DNA of 39,238 bases. Origin: Thermodesulfobacteriota bacterium (GTDB taxonomy: Bacteria > Desulfobacterota > SM23-61). The notes beneath the pieces were generated by a model, which was not told where the DNA came from, did no database searches, and was given only the letters and a program-made list of their open reading frames with translations. Location of the stretch: contig JBNAWB010000004.1 in assembly GCA_049699975.1 (NCBI GenBank), positions 1 to 39,238 of the forward strand, read 5' to 3'. Below are positions 1-8,577 of the stretch, piece by piece; the stretch's first letter is position 1; each line of letters starts with the position of its first letter. Position numbers and translations under genes: made by a program.

Positions 1-100
1 ATAATTGATTATTCTCTGGTAACAATCACTCAAGGAGTGCAGATAGTTTCTTCCAATTTTTCTTAATATTGAATGACTGCTCACCTCCTTTCTTTGGAAG

Positions 101-123
101 AGGGCGGAAATTTTTTCCGCCCT
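101..123. terminator. Hairpin just downstream of the zraP-like gene (possible terminator or processing stem)
   Basis: AGGGCGGAAA-ttt-TTTCCGCCCT is a perfect 10-bp stem 10 nt past the stop at 133. The U-tail on the minus strand is poor. Confidence 0.5.
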
Positions 124-132
124 TTGGTCTAA

Positions 133-579
133 CTACCATCGCCCCATGCGACCCATCTTCCCCATGCCTGGCCCATAGCCGAAAGCGCCCAATTGGGCCT
201 GTTGTTCGGGAGTCAAGACATTGCGGATTTCTAAACGTAGATTGGTAGCTTTTTCGGCAATCTTCGATTGCAAGCTCAAAATCTCTTTCTGCAGAGCAGT
301 AATCTTGGCTTGATCAGGTTTGGGATTTAGCCAAAGACTCCTCAATTCAGTCCGTTTGGCCAGAAGCTGTTGCTGGAGTGGAGCCGTTTCATCTAAATAG
401 GCCTTCTGGAGGGCCTGAATCTTAGATGATTGTTCCGCAGTCAAATTTGGGATAGCTGGATAACCATAAAAGCTACGGCCATAACCCACACCCGCGCCCC
501 AAGGACCAGCCAAAACGCTGGAAACTGCCAGGCCTAATACGATAAGCAAACTCAATGTCAGAATAGCTGTTCTTTTCAT
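133..579 (-). CDS. Periplasmic Spy/CpxP/ZraP-family protein (heavy-metal/envelope stress chaperone)
   Basis: Signal peptide ending VLA; NLTAEQ...LTPEQQAQ (LTXXQ motifs); coiled-coil core; Gly/Met-rich tail GPGMGKMGRMG; strong SD AAGGAGGTGA. Confidence 0.85.
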   Translation of the reverse strand: MKRTAILTLSLLIVLGLAVSSVLAGPWGAGVGYGRSFYGYPAIPNLTAEQSSKIQALQKAYLDETAPLQQQLLAKRTELRSLWLNPKPDQAKITALQKEILSLQSKIAEKATNLRLEIRNVLTPEQQAQLGAFGYGPGMGKMGRMGRW

Positions 580-750
580 TAATATTCACCTCCTTTCTTT
601 TTGGATTTAAATCCATTCAGCCCTTTAAGGTCTTTTGACTTTAAGGTCTTGCTGAAATGGATAGCCAAATTCAACTTTGCATTTTTGATTTTCATTTTTC
701 TTTTTCCGCCCTTCCTTTTACCACTTGATGCCGCAGACACCCTTTATTAA

Positions 751-766
751 AGCATTCCTGATGCCA
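751..766 (-). promoter_or_regulatory. Sigma54 (-24/-12) promoter for the zraP-like gene
   Basis: Minus strand TGGCATCAGGAATGCT has GG-N10-GC spacing and closely matches TGGCAC-N5-TTGCW. zraP is sigma54-dependent in E. coli. Confidence 0.7.
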
Positions 767-854
767 AGATGTTTGGCATTTAAAATTCTCCAAAGATTAC
801 AATCAGTTCAATATGTTTGACTGATATAAGTGATCAAATAAGAATCATTAGCAG

Positions 855-946
855 CTCGACAAAATCGCCGAGAACTAAAATTGATCATGAATAATTACAA
901 TTGGTTAGCTCTCGACAATGTTGCCCGGGGAAACCAAAATTGTCGA
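855..946. promoter_or_regulatory. Candidate enhancer (bEBP-binding) sites
   Basis: CTCGACAA at 855 and 911 (56 bp apart) and its inverse TTGTCGA at 940-946, about 115-205 bp upstream of the predicted sigma54 start. Confidence 0.45.
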
Positions 947-1073
947 AAAGAATAAAAGGGGGTGAAAAATTAATTTGGGAAAGATGCAAATCATGGTAAT
1001 CTAAATAATATGCAACGAACTTAAATAGGAGAGGTCACAATAATATTAAAATTGGAATGGGAGGAAATCTTTT

Positions 1074-1259
1074 ATGAAAGCTGTTTTACAACTTAATTTA
1101 ATAACCACCTCGGCTGAAGAAGGTCAAAGAAAACTTTTAAAGCTTTGCGAGAAAATGGTGAAAGAAAAGATCATCGATGAGTATCACTTTGAAATTACCA
1201 CACCTCATGGTCCAGTGACTGAAAAGTGCCTCCTCGCTGATCAAAAAGTAATCGCCTGA
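1074..1259 (+). CDS. Small hypothetical protein (61 aa)
   Basis: ATG with GGGAGG SD upstream; fills an otherwise empty gap; protein-like composition; no family recognised. Confidence 0.65.
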   Translation: MKAVLQLNLITTSAEEGQRKLLKLCEKMVKEKIIDEYHFEITTPHGPVTEKCLLADQKVIA

Positions 1260-1326
1260 AAAGTTTAAGACTGCCCGGAGGGCGGGTTAGAAAAGAGAAT
1301 TGTTCTTAAAAAAGAAAATTGTGTAT

Positions 1327-1734
1327 TTATGGCTCAAGCCTTTGCAGGTCTTCTATCATTTCAAAGTCCTTATCGTAAGAATAAATTTCACGCAGGCCAT
1401 GGTACCTCATAAAGACGGCGTTAAAAGCATCGATGAAATCAATATTTTTACGAGCATAAAGGACAAGGGCATCCACCAAAATATCTTTATCCGGAATCCA
1501 AATACTATCAGTTCCAACAATAATTGAAATTTTATCAATAACCTCAGATTTCGGCACTTTGTAATAAGATAGCAGGGTCCATATAAGTTCAGCAATCACC
1601 ATCACCGAAGTAGTTAAGATTATTTCTCCCGATATAGCTTTTCGAAAAATTTCCCTACATCTTTCATATTTTGAGAATTCATCTTTGGTAAGATATCTGA
1701 GAAATATGTTTGTGTCGACGAATTTTTTCTTCAT
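1327..1734 (-). CDS. vapC: PIN-domain toxin, VapC family
   Basis: N-terminal FVDTNIFLRYL; conserved acidic residues (AEL, DFIDA, SYDKDF); 135 aa; immediately downstream of an AbrB-type antitoxin. Confidence 0.9.
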   Translation of the reverse strand: MKKKFVDTNIFLRYLTKDEFSKYERCREIFRKAISGEIILTTSVMVIAELIWTLLSYYKVPKSEVIDKISIIVGTDSIWIPDKDILVDALVLYARKNIDFIDAFNAVFMRYHGLREIYSYDKDFEMIEDLQRLEP

Positions 1735-1738
1735 GGCC

Positions 1739-1996
1739 CTATCCTTCCTGGGCCATCTTTTTAGTAATCTGCTTTTTAACCTCTTCTCTAACTTTTCTGA
1801 AGTCTATAGGCTTTTCTTTTCGTGGTATCTTTATGGAGCCACCGAGATCAAGCAGACTTCCGCTTAAAGGTTTAATAATCGCCTGATTACCTTCTACTAC
1901 GATGATTACTTTTTCAGAAGGCCGTAGATTCAAAGCTTCCCTCACTTTTTTAGGAATGGTCATTTGACCTTTAGAAGAAAGTATAGAAATTGGCAT
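1739..1996 (-). CDS. vapB: AbrB/MazE/SpoVT-family antitoxin (VapB)
   Basis: SSKGQMTIPKKVREALNL swapped-hairpin motif; SD AAGGAGG; 4 nt upstream of vapC. Confidence 0.9.
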   Translation of the reverse strand: MPISILSSKGQMTIPKKVREALNLRPSEKVIIVVEGNQAIIKPLSGSLLDLGGSIKIPRKEKPIDFRKVREEVKKQITKKMAQEG

Positions 1997-2024
1997 TTAT
2001 TCCTCCTTTTTAATATTTTTTTAC

Positions 2025-2053
2025 ATTATATAACTTCTCTTACATCAAGGCAA
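2025..2053 (-). promoter_or_regulatory. Sigma70 promoter of vapBC
   Basis: TTGCCT-17 nt-TATAAT on the minus strand. TTACAT direct repeats at 2021 and 2040 may be the autoregulatory operator. Confidence 0.6.
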
Positions 2054-2119
2054 ATATTTTACCCAGAGCTTAAAATCCGTGTGTCGAAAAAAAAGGGCGG
2101 TGTCCCCAGAAGATAGTTA

Positions 2120-2854
2120 TTATTCCTGCATTCTCTTTTTAAAGATTTGAACTGCCAATTCAAAAAAGAGAAAACAAAATCCGGCCAGGATTAAAATTTC
2201 GAGCCAACGATTCAACAGATCAGTTCTGGCCAACAAAGACTGTTTTAAGGTATCCACTGTATAGGTAAGAGGAAGGAAATAGCCGAAAATCTGGAGGATA
2301 AAAGGCATAGAGGTGAAAGGAAAGAAAACACCGCATAGGAAAATCATGGGAAAGCGGAAAAAATTGGCCAATGTCATGGCTTCAAAAACTTCTCTAACTC
2401 CTACGGAAATTAAAATTCCTAAAAAGGAAAAAGTAAAGCAGGAGACGAGTATAGAAATTAAAAGCGCTAAAGGATGGGAAACATTTAGACCAAAAACCAA
2501 GATGATGAAAAACAGAGCGACTACGCCCATGGCCAACCCGAAAAATGCTGCCCCCAACCCCTTTCCTAAGATAATTGTCCTTAGGTGCAGGGGGGCCAAG
2601 AGCAATCGTTCCAGAGCATCAATCCGTTTTTCAAAACTAATAACAATTGCCGCCATCGAGGTAGTAGAAAAAAGAATGGTCATGCCTACTAAACCAGGAC
2701 CAACTTCCGCAATCCCTTCTGGGTTGCGCAAATAAAAAGCTAAAATGAAAACTAAAGGTAACATCAATCCCCAACTAATCAAGGGTGGTTTCAAATAGTA
2801 AGCTTTAAGATCTTTACGGGCGATGTAATAAGCCCTTCGCCAATTGAGTCTCAT
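2120..2854 (-). CDS. ABC-2 type exporter permease
   Basis: About six hydrophobic helices; ERLLLAP and FLCGVFFP...LPLTY motifs; start overlaps the ATPase stop (TAATG). Confidence 0.9.
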   Translation of the reverse strand: MRLNWRRAYYIARKDLKAYYLKPPLISWGLMLPLVFILAFYLRNPEGIAEVGPGLVGMTILFSTTSMAAIVISFEKRIDALERLLLAPLHLRTIILGKGLGAAFFGLAMGVVALFFIILVFGLNVSHPLALLISILVSCFTFSFLGILISVGVREVFEAMTLANFFRFPMIFLCGVFFPFTSMPFILQIFGYFLPLTYTVDTLKQSLLARTDLLNRWLEILILAGFCFLFFELAVQIFKKRMQE

Positions 2855-3840
2855 TAATTCATACCTCCCGTCTTCACTTGCTTATCTATGCGCATAACTT
2901 CTGCATCCACGCCAGTCAATTTTACAAAGGCATCCTCCAGGGTGGGAGTTAAAGTTTGAATCGAAAAAATCTTCCTTCCGCCCTGATCCAGGTGGATGAT
3001 TATCGGGCCTATGGACTCGTGCAAAGTTCTTCCATAAAGGCGCAGTCGGTCTTCCACTATGGTAACTTTCTCCACCCCGGGAATAGCTTCCATCTCCTTT
3101 ATTATGGTGGCGGGCATGGGCTGTGCTTTTATCTCTAGCACTTCGGTATCTTGAACTTTCCTTTTTAGCGCCATGGGCGTATCGATAATACGAATTTGCC
3201 CTTGCACAATAATGGCTACGCGATCACAAAGTTCTTCAGCTTCGCCAATTAGGTGCGTGGTAAGGAAAATGGTTACTCCTTTTTCTTTGAGCTTTTTAAC
3301 TACTCCCCGCAACCCGCGCGCGCTCATCACATCCAAACCCGTCGTCGGCTCGTCAAGAAAAAGGATGCGCGGACGATGGACAAGAGCTGCTGCGATAGTT
3401 AAACGCCGCTTCATCCCGCGGGAAAACCCTTGAAATTTAGTGTGGGCTCGATCAAACAAATTAAATTCGCGGAGAAGTTCCTCGCTGCGGCTTTCCCATT
3501 CTTTTTTGGGAACACCGTAAAGCTGGGCCATGTAAATAAGGTTTTCCCGGGCCGTTAATTCAGCATAAAGATTTGAGCTTTCTGGAACTACGCCCACACT
3601 TTCTTTTGCCCGCACAGAATCGTTGATCACATTAAACCCATTTACAAATGCTAAGCCGCTATCCGGTTTGAGCAGTCCCGAAAGAATCTTGATCGTGGTA
3701 GTCTTACCGGCTCCATTGGGCCCCAGAAAACCAAAAATCTCTCCTTCCTTAACGGAAAAGTTAATCTCCTGCAAAGCCTGAATTTCGCCAAACTTCTTGC
3801 TTATTCCTTCGACACGAATAATTTCTTTGGTCTCGGCCAT
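2854..3840 (-). CDS. ABC transporter ATP-binding protein (DrrA/CcmA-like)
   Basis: Walker A GPNGAGKTT; signature FSRGMKRR; Walker B ILFLDEPTTGLD; C-terminal PTLEDAF. Confidence 0.95.
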   Translation of the reverse strand: MAETKEIIRVEGISKKFGEIQALQEINFSVKEGEIFGFLGPNGAGKTTTIKILSGLLKPDSGLAFVNGFNVINDSVRAKESVGVVPESSNLYAELTARENLIYMAQLYGVPKKEWESRSEELLREFNLFDRAHTKFQGFSRGMKRRLTIAAALVHRPRILFLDEPTTGLDVMSARGLRGVVKKLKEKGVTIFLTTHLIGEAEELCDRVAIIVQGQIRIIDTPMALKRKVQDTEVLEIKAQPMPATIIKEMEAIPGVEKVTIVEDRLRLYGRTLHESIGPIIIHLDQGGRKIFSIQTLTPTLEDAFVKLTGVDAEVMRIDKQVKTGGMN

Positions 3841-3858
3841 TCATTCTCCTTAGCTTTT

Positions 3859-3940
3859 CCCCCCCACCTTTACCTTCTCCCCAGCGGGGAGAGGGAAGAT
3901 GGAAGAAATTTAAAGCTCACCCTCCGGCGGGGAGAGGTGA
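3859..3940. repeat. REP-like hairpin repeat (family A) plus a degenerate second copy
   Basis: CCCCCACC-N-CTCCCC-AGC-GGGGAGAGGGAAG; near-identical to the copies at 14696 and 16513. Confidence 0.75.
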
Positions 3941-4046
3941 ATTGAAAAAGGGAAGTTGAAACTGCCCCAAAATAATCCCTCTAACTTTTCCAAACTAACA
4001 AATTTTTCGGGGCCTAAAATAAAATCATGACCAACGGAAAGGGACT

Positions 4047-4514
4047 TTATTTTTTCCCTTTTTTCCCCGTGCAGGGGTGTTTCTTCGTCGAACCATGACA
4101 TTTTTTAATCTGTTCTGGCGAGCACTCTTCTGGTTTTCCTTTTAACTTTTCCGGGTATTGGCATTTACTTGCGCACATTTTTAATTCCTCCTTCGGCCTT
4201 TTTATTTTGCCGCCTGCAAGGCGGATGCATCCTAATTCTGGTAACGGCCTTAGAGCCGTCATCTCTTCCAAAGCCCGGGCTAATTCCAGCAGTTTATCCT
4301 TCTCCACAAAATAATGAGTCCAATATCCCCTTTTCTCCCCCCTTACTAATCCTGCCTTTCTTAACTGTTGTAAGTGCTGAGAGACAGCCGCTTCGGATAT
4401 CTGCAGTTGATAGGCCAGCGCTCCTACGCAAAGATCGCGAGTTAATAAAAGTTTTAAGAGCTCTAAACGAGTCTCATCAGCTAATGATTTTAAAAGAGAG
4501 AAAATATCCCTCAT
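4047..4514 (-). CDS. ArsR/SmtB metalloregulator with a Cys/His-rich C-terminal extension
   Basis: LADETRLELL, LCVGALA, SEAAVSQHLQQLRKAGLV, EKRGYWTHY form the ArsR winged helix. ATG at 4514 is preferred over TTG at 4520. Confidence 0.9.
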   Translation of the reverse strand: MRDIFSLLKSLADETRLELLKLLLTRDLCVGALAYQLQISEAAVSQHLQQLRKAGLVRGEKRGYWTHYFVEKDKLLELARALEEMTALRPLPELGCIRLAGGKIKRPKEELKMCASKCQYPEKLKGKPEECSPEQIKKCHGSTKKHPCTGKKGKK

Positions 4515-4518
4515 ATTC

Positions 4519-4568
4519 AATTAAGCATTTGCTTAATTAAATTTTAAGTCGCTTAAATAAAATGTCAA
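4519..4568 (-). promoter_or_regulatory. Sigma70 promoter and palindromic ArsR operator(s)
   Basis: TTGACA(4568-4563)-16 nt-TAAAAT. Palindromes AATTAAGC-attt-GCTTAATT (4519-4538) and TTTAAG-tcg-CTTAAA (4543-4557) overlap the promoter. Confidence 0.65.
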
Positions 4569-4603
4569 GAAAAAAATAGAGGAATAAATTCTTTGAGGTG
4601 AAC

Positions 4604-4769
4604 TATAACCCTACCTAACCTCCCCTTAATTTAAGGGGAGGGATGGAGGAAGAAAGGTAGTTAGGGAAATTTAATTGGAAAAAATAAATTCCTCTGCGCC
4701 CCCAGCGCTCTCTGCGGTGGTGATATAAGCCTACCTATCCTCATCTTATTTTAAGGTGAGAGATGGAGG
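4604..4769. repeat. Composite intergenic repeat: two ~46-bp hairpin units flanking a CTGCG-repeat unit
   Basis: Direct repeats at 4604-4649 and 4724-4769 (stem CTCCCCTT/AAGGGGAG versus CTCATCTT/AAGGTGAG). The middle unit 4686-4719 matches 14767-14800 at about 30/34 nt. Confidence 0.75.
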
Positions 4770-4818
4770 GGTAAAAAGGATGGAAGGAGATTAAACGGGA
4801 GGACAAAAGTAAGCAGCT

Positions 4819-6672
4819 CTAATTAATAACTTTTTTTCTTTTAATTATTTGGAAAATTGCTGGGATACCAACTAAAAGAAAGCCTAAAATATCTGTAAGC
4901 ACGGAGGGATAGACAAGATTAAATCCTCCGACAAGAAAAAATACTTTGGCCCATAAAGGCAATGGAGAAATAAACCATCCATATAATCCAAAGCCCACTG
5001 CCGTCACCCCCACTAATGCTGTTAAGAAAACGCGGAAAATAACTAAAGTTGCTCCTTGAGCCAAAAGCTCTGGGCTGTAAGCAAACATATATGGAATAAT
5101 AAAACCAATAAGAGCCAATCTCCAGGCCGTAAAGCTGGTCTTCATCGCATCTGCTCCGGCGATATTCGCTCCCGCGTATCCAGCCACGGCTACAGGAGGT
5201 GTAATTGCGGAGAGCATGGCGAAAACAAAAACATACATATGCGCCACCAAGGGAGGCACTTTCAATTCGATCAAAGAAGGGGCAGCAATAACAGCCACGA
5301 TAATATAGGCCGGGGTTGTGGGCACACCCATTCCTAAGATAATAGAAGCAATCATAACAAAGAAAAGAGCCAAGAATAGATGACCTTTAGCCAAGCCTAA
5401 AACTAACATCATAAATTTAAAACCTAATCCGGTATAAGTAATAACGCCCACGATGATGCCAGCGCACCCAGTAGCTACGGCAATCATCGCTGCGTTCTTG
5501 GCTCCATTGGCCATTGCTTCTATAAAAAGGCTATAGTTGAGGCGGGATTCTCGCCCAAGGAAACTAATTAAAACCGTGCTTCCTAAAGCCCACAGGGCAG
5601 AATAGTGAGGAGAAAAGCCGGCCACTAATAAAAAGATTAAAATTAAAAGAGGCAGAAAAAGATAAAGCCTCCGCAAAATTGTTTTTCTTAAGGCTCTAAT
5701 TTCTTCTGCATTTACCCCAGGTAGATTACTTTTAATCGCTTCCAAGTGCGTAGCTAAACCAATGGAGTAAAAATATAAAATGGAAGGGATGATCGCGGCC
5801 ACACATACCTGCAAATAAGGAATACTCAAAGTCTCCGCAATAATGAAAGCTGCAGACCCCATAACCGGCGGCATTAATTGACCACCCGTTGAAGCCGCTG
5901 CTTCTACTGCCCCGGCAAAATGGGGTTTATAACCGACGCGCTTCATTAAAGGAATCGTAAAAGTCCCCGTGCCATATACATTAGCTACAGAAGCTCCGGA
6001 TATAGTACCAAAAAGCCCACTGGCCACCACCGCCGCCTTGGCCGGTCCTCCCCGCGCTCTACCCACCATAGCTAAGGCGAAATCAATTATGAAATTCCCA
6101 ATCTTCGTCGCTTCTAAGAAAGCTCCAAATATGATAAAAATCACTATATAGGTTGCGGAAGCACCCAGAGGAATCCCGAAGATCCCCTCGGTAGTTAAAA
6201 ACAAGGTATCAATGAACTCAAGGAAATTAGTCTTGCTATGGGCGAGAAAATCCGGCAGATATGGCCCCAAGAAAAAGTAGGCTAAAAAACAGCCAGTAAT
6301 CAAGCTCAGAACTCCGCCTACTACCCGCCGGCAAGTTTCCAGAACTAAAATTACTGTGATTATAGCTAAAAAGGCATCTCCAGCGTAAACGGGATCCATC
6401 CAAGGAGCCCGAGTTAATATCCGCTCATGGTTAAGAAAAACATAAGGAATCAGGAGTAAAGAGAGAAATACTGATACATCATCTACCCAGCGCAGTCTTT
6501 TTTTGTTTCGTTGATTTGCTAAAGGATGGACCCAAAAAACCACAGCCATCATTAAAGATAGATGGATAAACCGTTGCAAGACAGTCTCCAAGATGCTCGT
6601 GGCCGCCATATAGAGGTGGAAGGCCGCAGTAATTACACAAAAATAGGTAATAATTTTTTGACGCAAGTCCAT
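4819..6672 (-). CDS. TRAP transporter fused 4TM/12TM permease (TAXI-associated)
   Basis: Highly hydrophobic 617 aa; motifs GGPAKAAVVAS, GTISGASVANV, EAAASTGGQLMPPVMG, LGMGVPTTPAY, ITPPVA. Confidence 0.95.
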   Translation of the reverse strand: MDLRQKIITYFCVITAAFHLYMAATSILETVLQRFIHLSLMMAVVFWVHPLANQRNKKRLRWVDDVSVFLSLLLIPYVFLNHERILTRAPWMDPVYAGDAFLAIITVILVLETCRRVVGGVLSLITGCFLAYFFLGPYLPDFLAHSKTNFLEFIDTLFLTTEGIFGIPLGASATYIVIFIIFGAFLEATKIGNFIIDFALAMVGRARGGPAKAAVVASGLFGTISGASVANVYGTGTFTIPLMKRVGYKPHFAGAVEAAASTGGQLMPPVMGSAAFIIAETLSIPYLQVCVAAIIPSILYFYSIGLATHLEAIKSNLPGVNAEEIRALRKTILRRLYLFLPLLILIFLLVAGFSPHYSALWALGSTVLISFLGRESRLNYSLFIEAMANGAKNAAMIAVATGCAGIIVGVITYTGLGFKFMMLVLGLAKGHLFLALFFVMIASIILGMGVPTTPAYIIVAVIAAPSLIELKVPPLVAHMYVFVFAMLSAITPPVAVAGYAGANIAGADAMKTSFTAWRLALIGFIIPYMFAYSPELLAQGATLVIFRVFLTALVGVTAVGFGLYGWFISPLPLWAKVFFLVGGFNLVYPSVLTDILGFLLVGIPAIFQIIKRKKVIN

Positions 6673-6750
6673 TTACCCATCCTTTAGCGGATTATCATCT
6701 AAAAAAGGAGCCAGTATTAAAAAGAGATCGGCAAGGGGATAGAGCTACGA

Positions 6751-7761
6751 TTATTTCATGTAGCCCTTTTCAGAGAAATATTTGGCCGCTCCTTTGTGCA
6801 GAGGAAAGGTACCTGCTTTCCAGGCATTTGCCGGGGAAAGATCTTTTAGCCCTTCTGCATTAGTCAACTTAAATTTTTCTATATTCTCCATTAGGGCCTT
6901 CACAATCTTATAAGCGATATCTTCAGGAAGAGCTTCGTTGGTTATAATAATTGTTGTAGGATAGGTTTGGAATGTTTTAAATGGTTTACTCTGCCCCTTA
7001 AAATTATTGGCGGGGATTTCTGCCCAGCCACTACCCCCATATTCTTTAATAAATCGTTCGCCGGCAGGCTCATAAAAGGGAACGAATTGAACTGCTCTTG
7101 AATTTGTCAGGTCGACTAACCACCCTGCTTTGGCCATACCCATTCCTAATATACCATCAAGATGGCCATCCTTCATTAAATTCACCATGTCTGAAAAATT
7201 TGTGTAAGTTACTTTGCCTCCCCAGGCTTCAATATCTTTCACGGTAATACCTGTAAACTCCAAAAGCTTACGCCAAATCCATTCTGTAATAGCTCCTTTG
7301 GGGATCATGCCGATGCGCACTTTGAGCTTTTTGTTCTTAATATCCTGCAAATTGGCCATAGGGATATCAGGACGGAAAACAGGGAAAAGGTAAGTAGGAT
7401 CGGGCAAGGCCAGCAAAACTCGCAGGTTCGTTATAGGCTGCTTTCCTTCAAAATCATCGCTGGCGCGCATAGCTTGCAGGCTTTGGAGTAAAGTACTAGT
7501 TCCTAACGCGTTTGGGTCCTTAGAAATACGGACAATATTAGCCACTGCTCCGCCAGGGCTAAGACTAATTTCAATGTCTGGATAAACATCATGCACGATT
7601 TTGGCAATGGCAGCCATGTATTGATAATATAAACCACCAGTAGGACCTGCCAAACCATTTAGCTTAGCAGCTTCTAATTTGTCCCAGCCAGCGAAAATAG
7701 TCACCATGAAAATCCCAGCCAACAGGTAAAATTTCATAAAATTCAATTTTTTATTTTTCAT
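6751..7761 (-). CDS. TAXI-family TRAP solute-binding protein
   Basis: Signal peptide; GPTGGLYY, GGAVANI and C-terminal PLHKGAAKYFSEKG; sits upstream of the fused permease. Confidence 0.92.
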   Translation of the reverse strand: MKNKKLNFMKFYLLAGIFMVTIFAGWDKLEAAKLNGLAGPTGGLYYQYMAAIAKIVHDVYPDIEISLSPGGAVANIVRISKDPNALGTSTLLQSLQAMRASDDFEGKQPITNLRVLLALPDPTYLFPVFRPDIPMANLQDIKNKKLKVRIGMIPKGAITEWIWRKLLEFTGITVKDIEAWGGKVTYTNFSDMVNLMKDGHLDGILGMGMAKAGWLVDLTNSRAVQFVPFYEPAGERFIKEYGGSGWAEIPANNFKGQSKPFKTFQTYPTTIIITNEALPEDIAYKIVKALMENIEKFKLTNAEGLKDLSPANAWKAGTFPLHKGAAKYFSEKGYMK

Positions 7762-7822
7762 GAAATTTTATCTCCTCCCCATTTAATTTTGTCAGTCCAA
7801 TTTATTTTCTCCTAATGGAGGG

Positions 7823-7884
7823 ATTCTCAATCTGGATTTTGTATGAGATTGCTTCGGCTTCGCCTCGCCATAACGATTGAGAAT
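7823..7884. repeat. Hairpin repeat (family C, GAGATTGCTTCG...CTCGCCATAAC) enclosed by a 10-bp inverted repeat
   Basis: Core 7845-7874 resembles 10767-10814 and 36641-36676. ATTCTCAATC (7823) and GATTGAGAAT (7875) form a perfect IR. Confidence 0.6.
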
Positions 7885-8066
7885 TGCCCAAATTAGGCAT
7901 CAAATCTTTTTTATATTTTCAATTATAATTTCATTTATGTCAAGTTTAGAACACGGAAATCCTATTAGGGCTAGTTTGCTGGAGGCAAACCTTGGACACT
8001 GCTGTATCTAGCGAGGCTCGGAAATCCAAAAGACCCCTGAAGAGGGCCCATTTAGAAGAAGTTTCT

Positions 8067-8546
8067 TTATGGATTTGCTTTTTTTAAATCCATTATTAAC
8101 AACTGTAGAAGTTTACCGATCATATCATACGTTCCCAGAAGTGGATCTTTGCCTGAAAAAATCATCGTGTTCTCCCAAACTTGAGAAAAAGAAGGGAAAT
8201 TTCCTTGCGGAGAAAGAATCAATACTGCTCGATCAACGGTCACATTGATCATGCCATAATAAAGGTCATCTGTTTTCCGTTTATAAAGGGCCACTCGGAC
8301 ATACAAAGATGGACCTTCTTTAGCCCCTATTTTTAGTTTGGGCAGCTCTTTTTTAAAGATAGCTTTTATTTGATTTTTAATTGCTTCTTCTTTAATTCCT
8401 GCCTCCTGCGCATCGCGCGTTGGTTCCTCAATCACTATCTGCAGGCTGAACACTCCTTGAAGATTCCGTACTTTAGGGTCTTCGACTCCCTGCCCCACAG
8501 GGCAAAAATAGAAAAGAAATAAAAAAAGAAATAAAATTTTTTTCAT
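8067..8546 (-). CDS. Hypothetical exported protein
   Basis: MKKILFLFLFLFYF signal-like N-terminus; SD AAGGAG; last gene of a three-gene run; no family recognised. Confidence 0.75.
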   Translation of the reverse strand: MKKILFLFLFLFYFCPVGQGVEDPKVRNLQGVFSLQIVIEEPTRDAQEAGIKEEAIKNQIKAIFKKELPKLKIGAKEGPSLYVRVALYKRKTDDLYYGMINVTVDRAVLILSPQGNFPSFSQVWENTMIFSGKDPLLGTYDMIGKLLQLLIMDLKKANP

Positions 8547-8577
8547 CACCTCTCCTTTTCCCCCTAATTCCCTCTTG

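Noticed and set aside
774-789. Plus-strand sigma54 promoter TGGCATTTAAAATTCT
   Set aside because: Lacks the -12 GC.
3910-4101. 63-aa ORF between arsR and the ABC ATPase
   Set aside because: Out-of-frame overlap with arsR, ends in a hairpin repeat, no SD.
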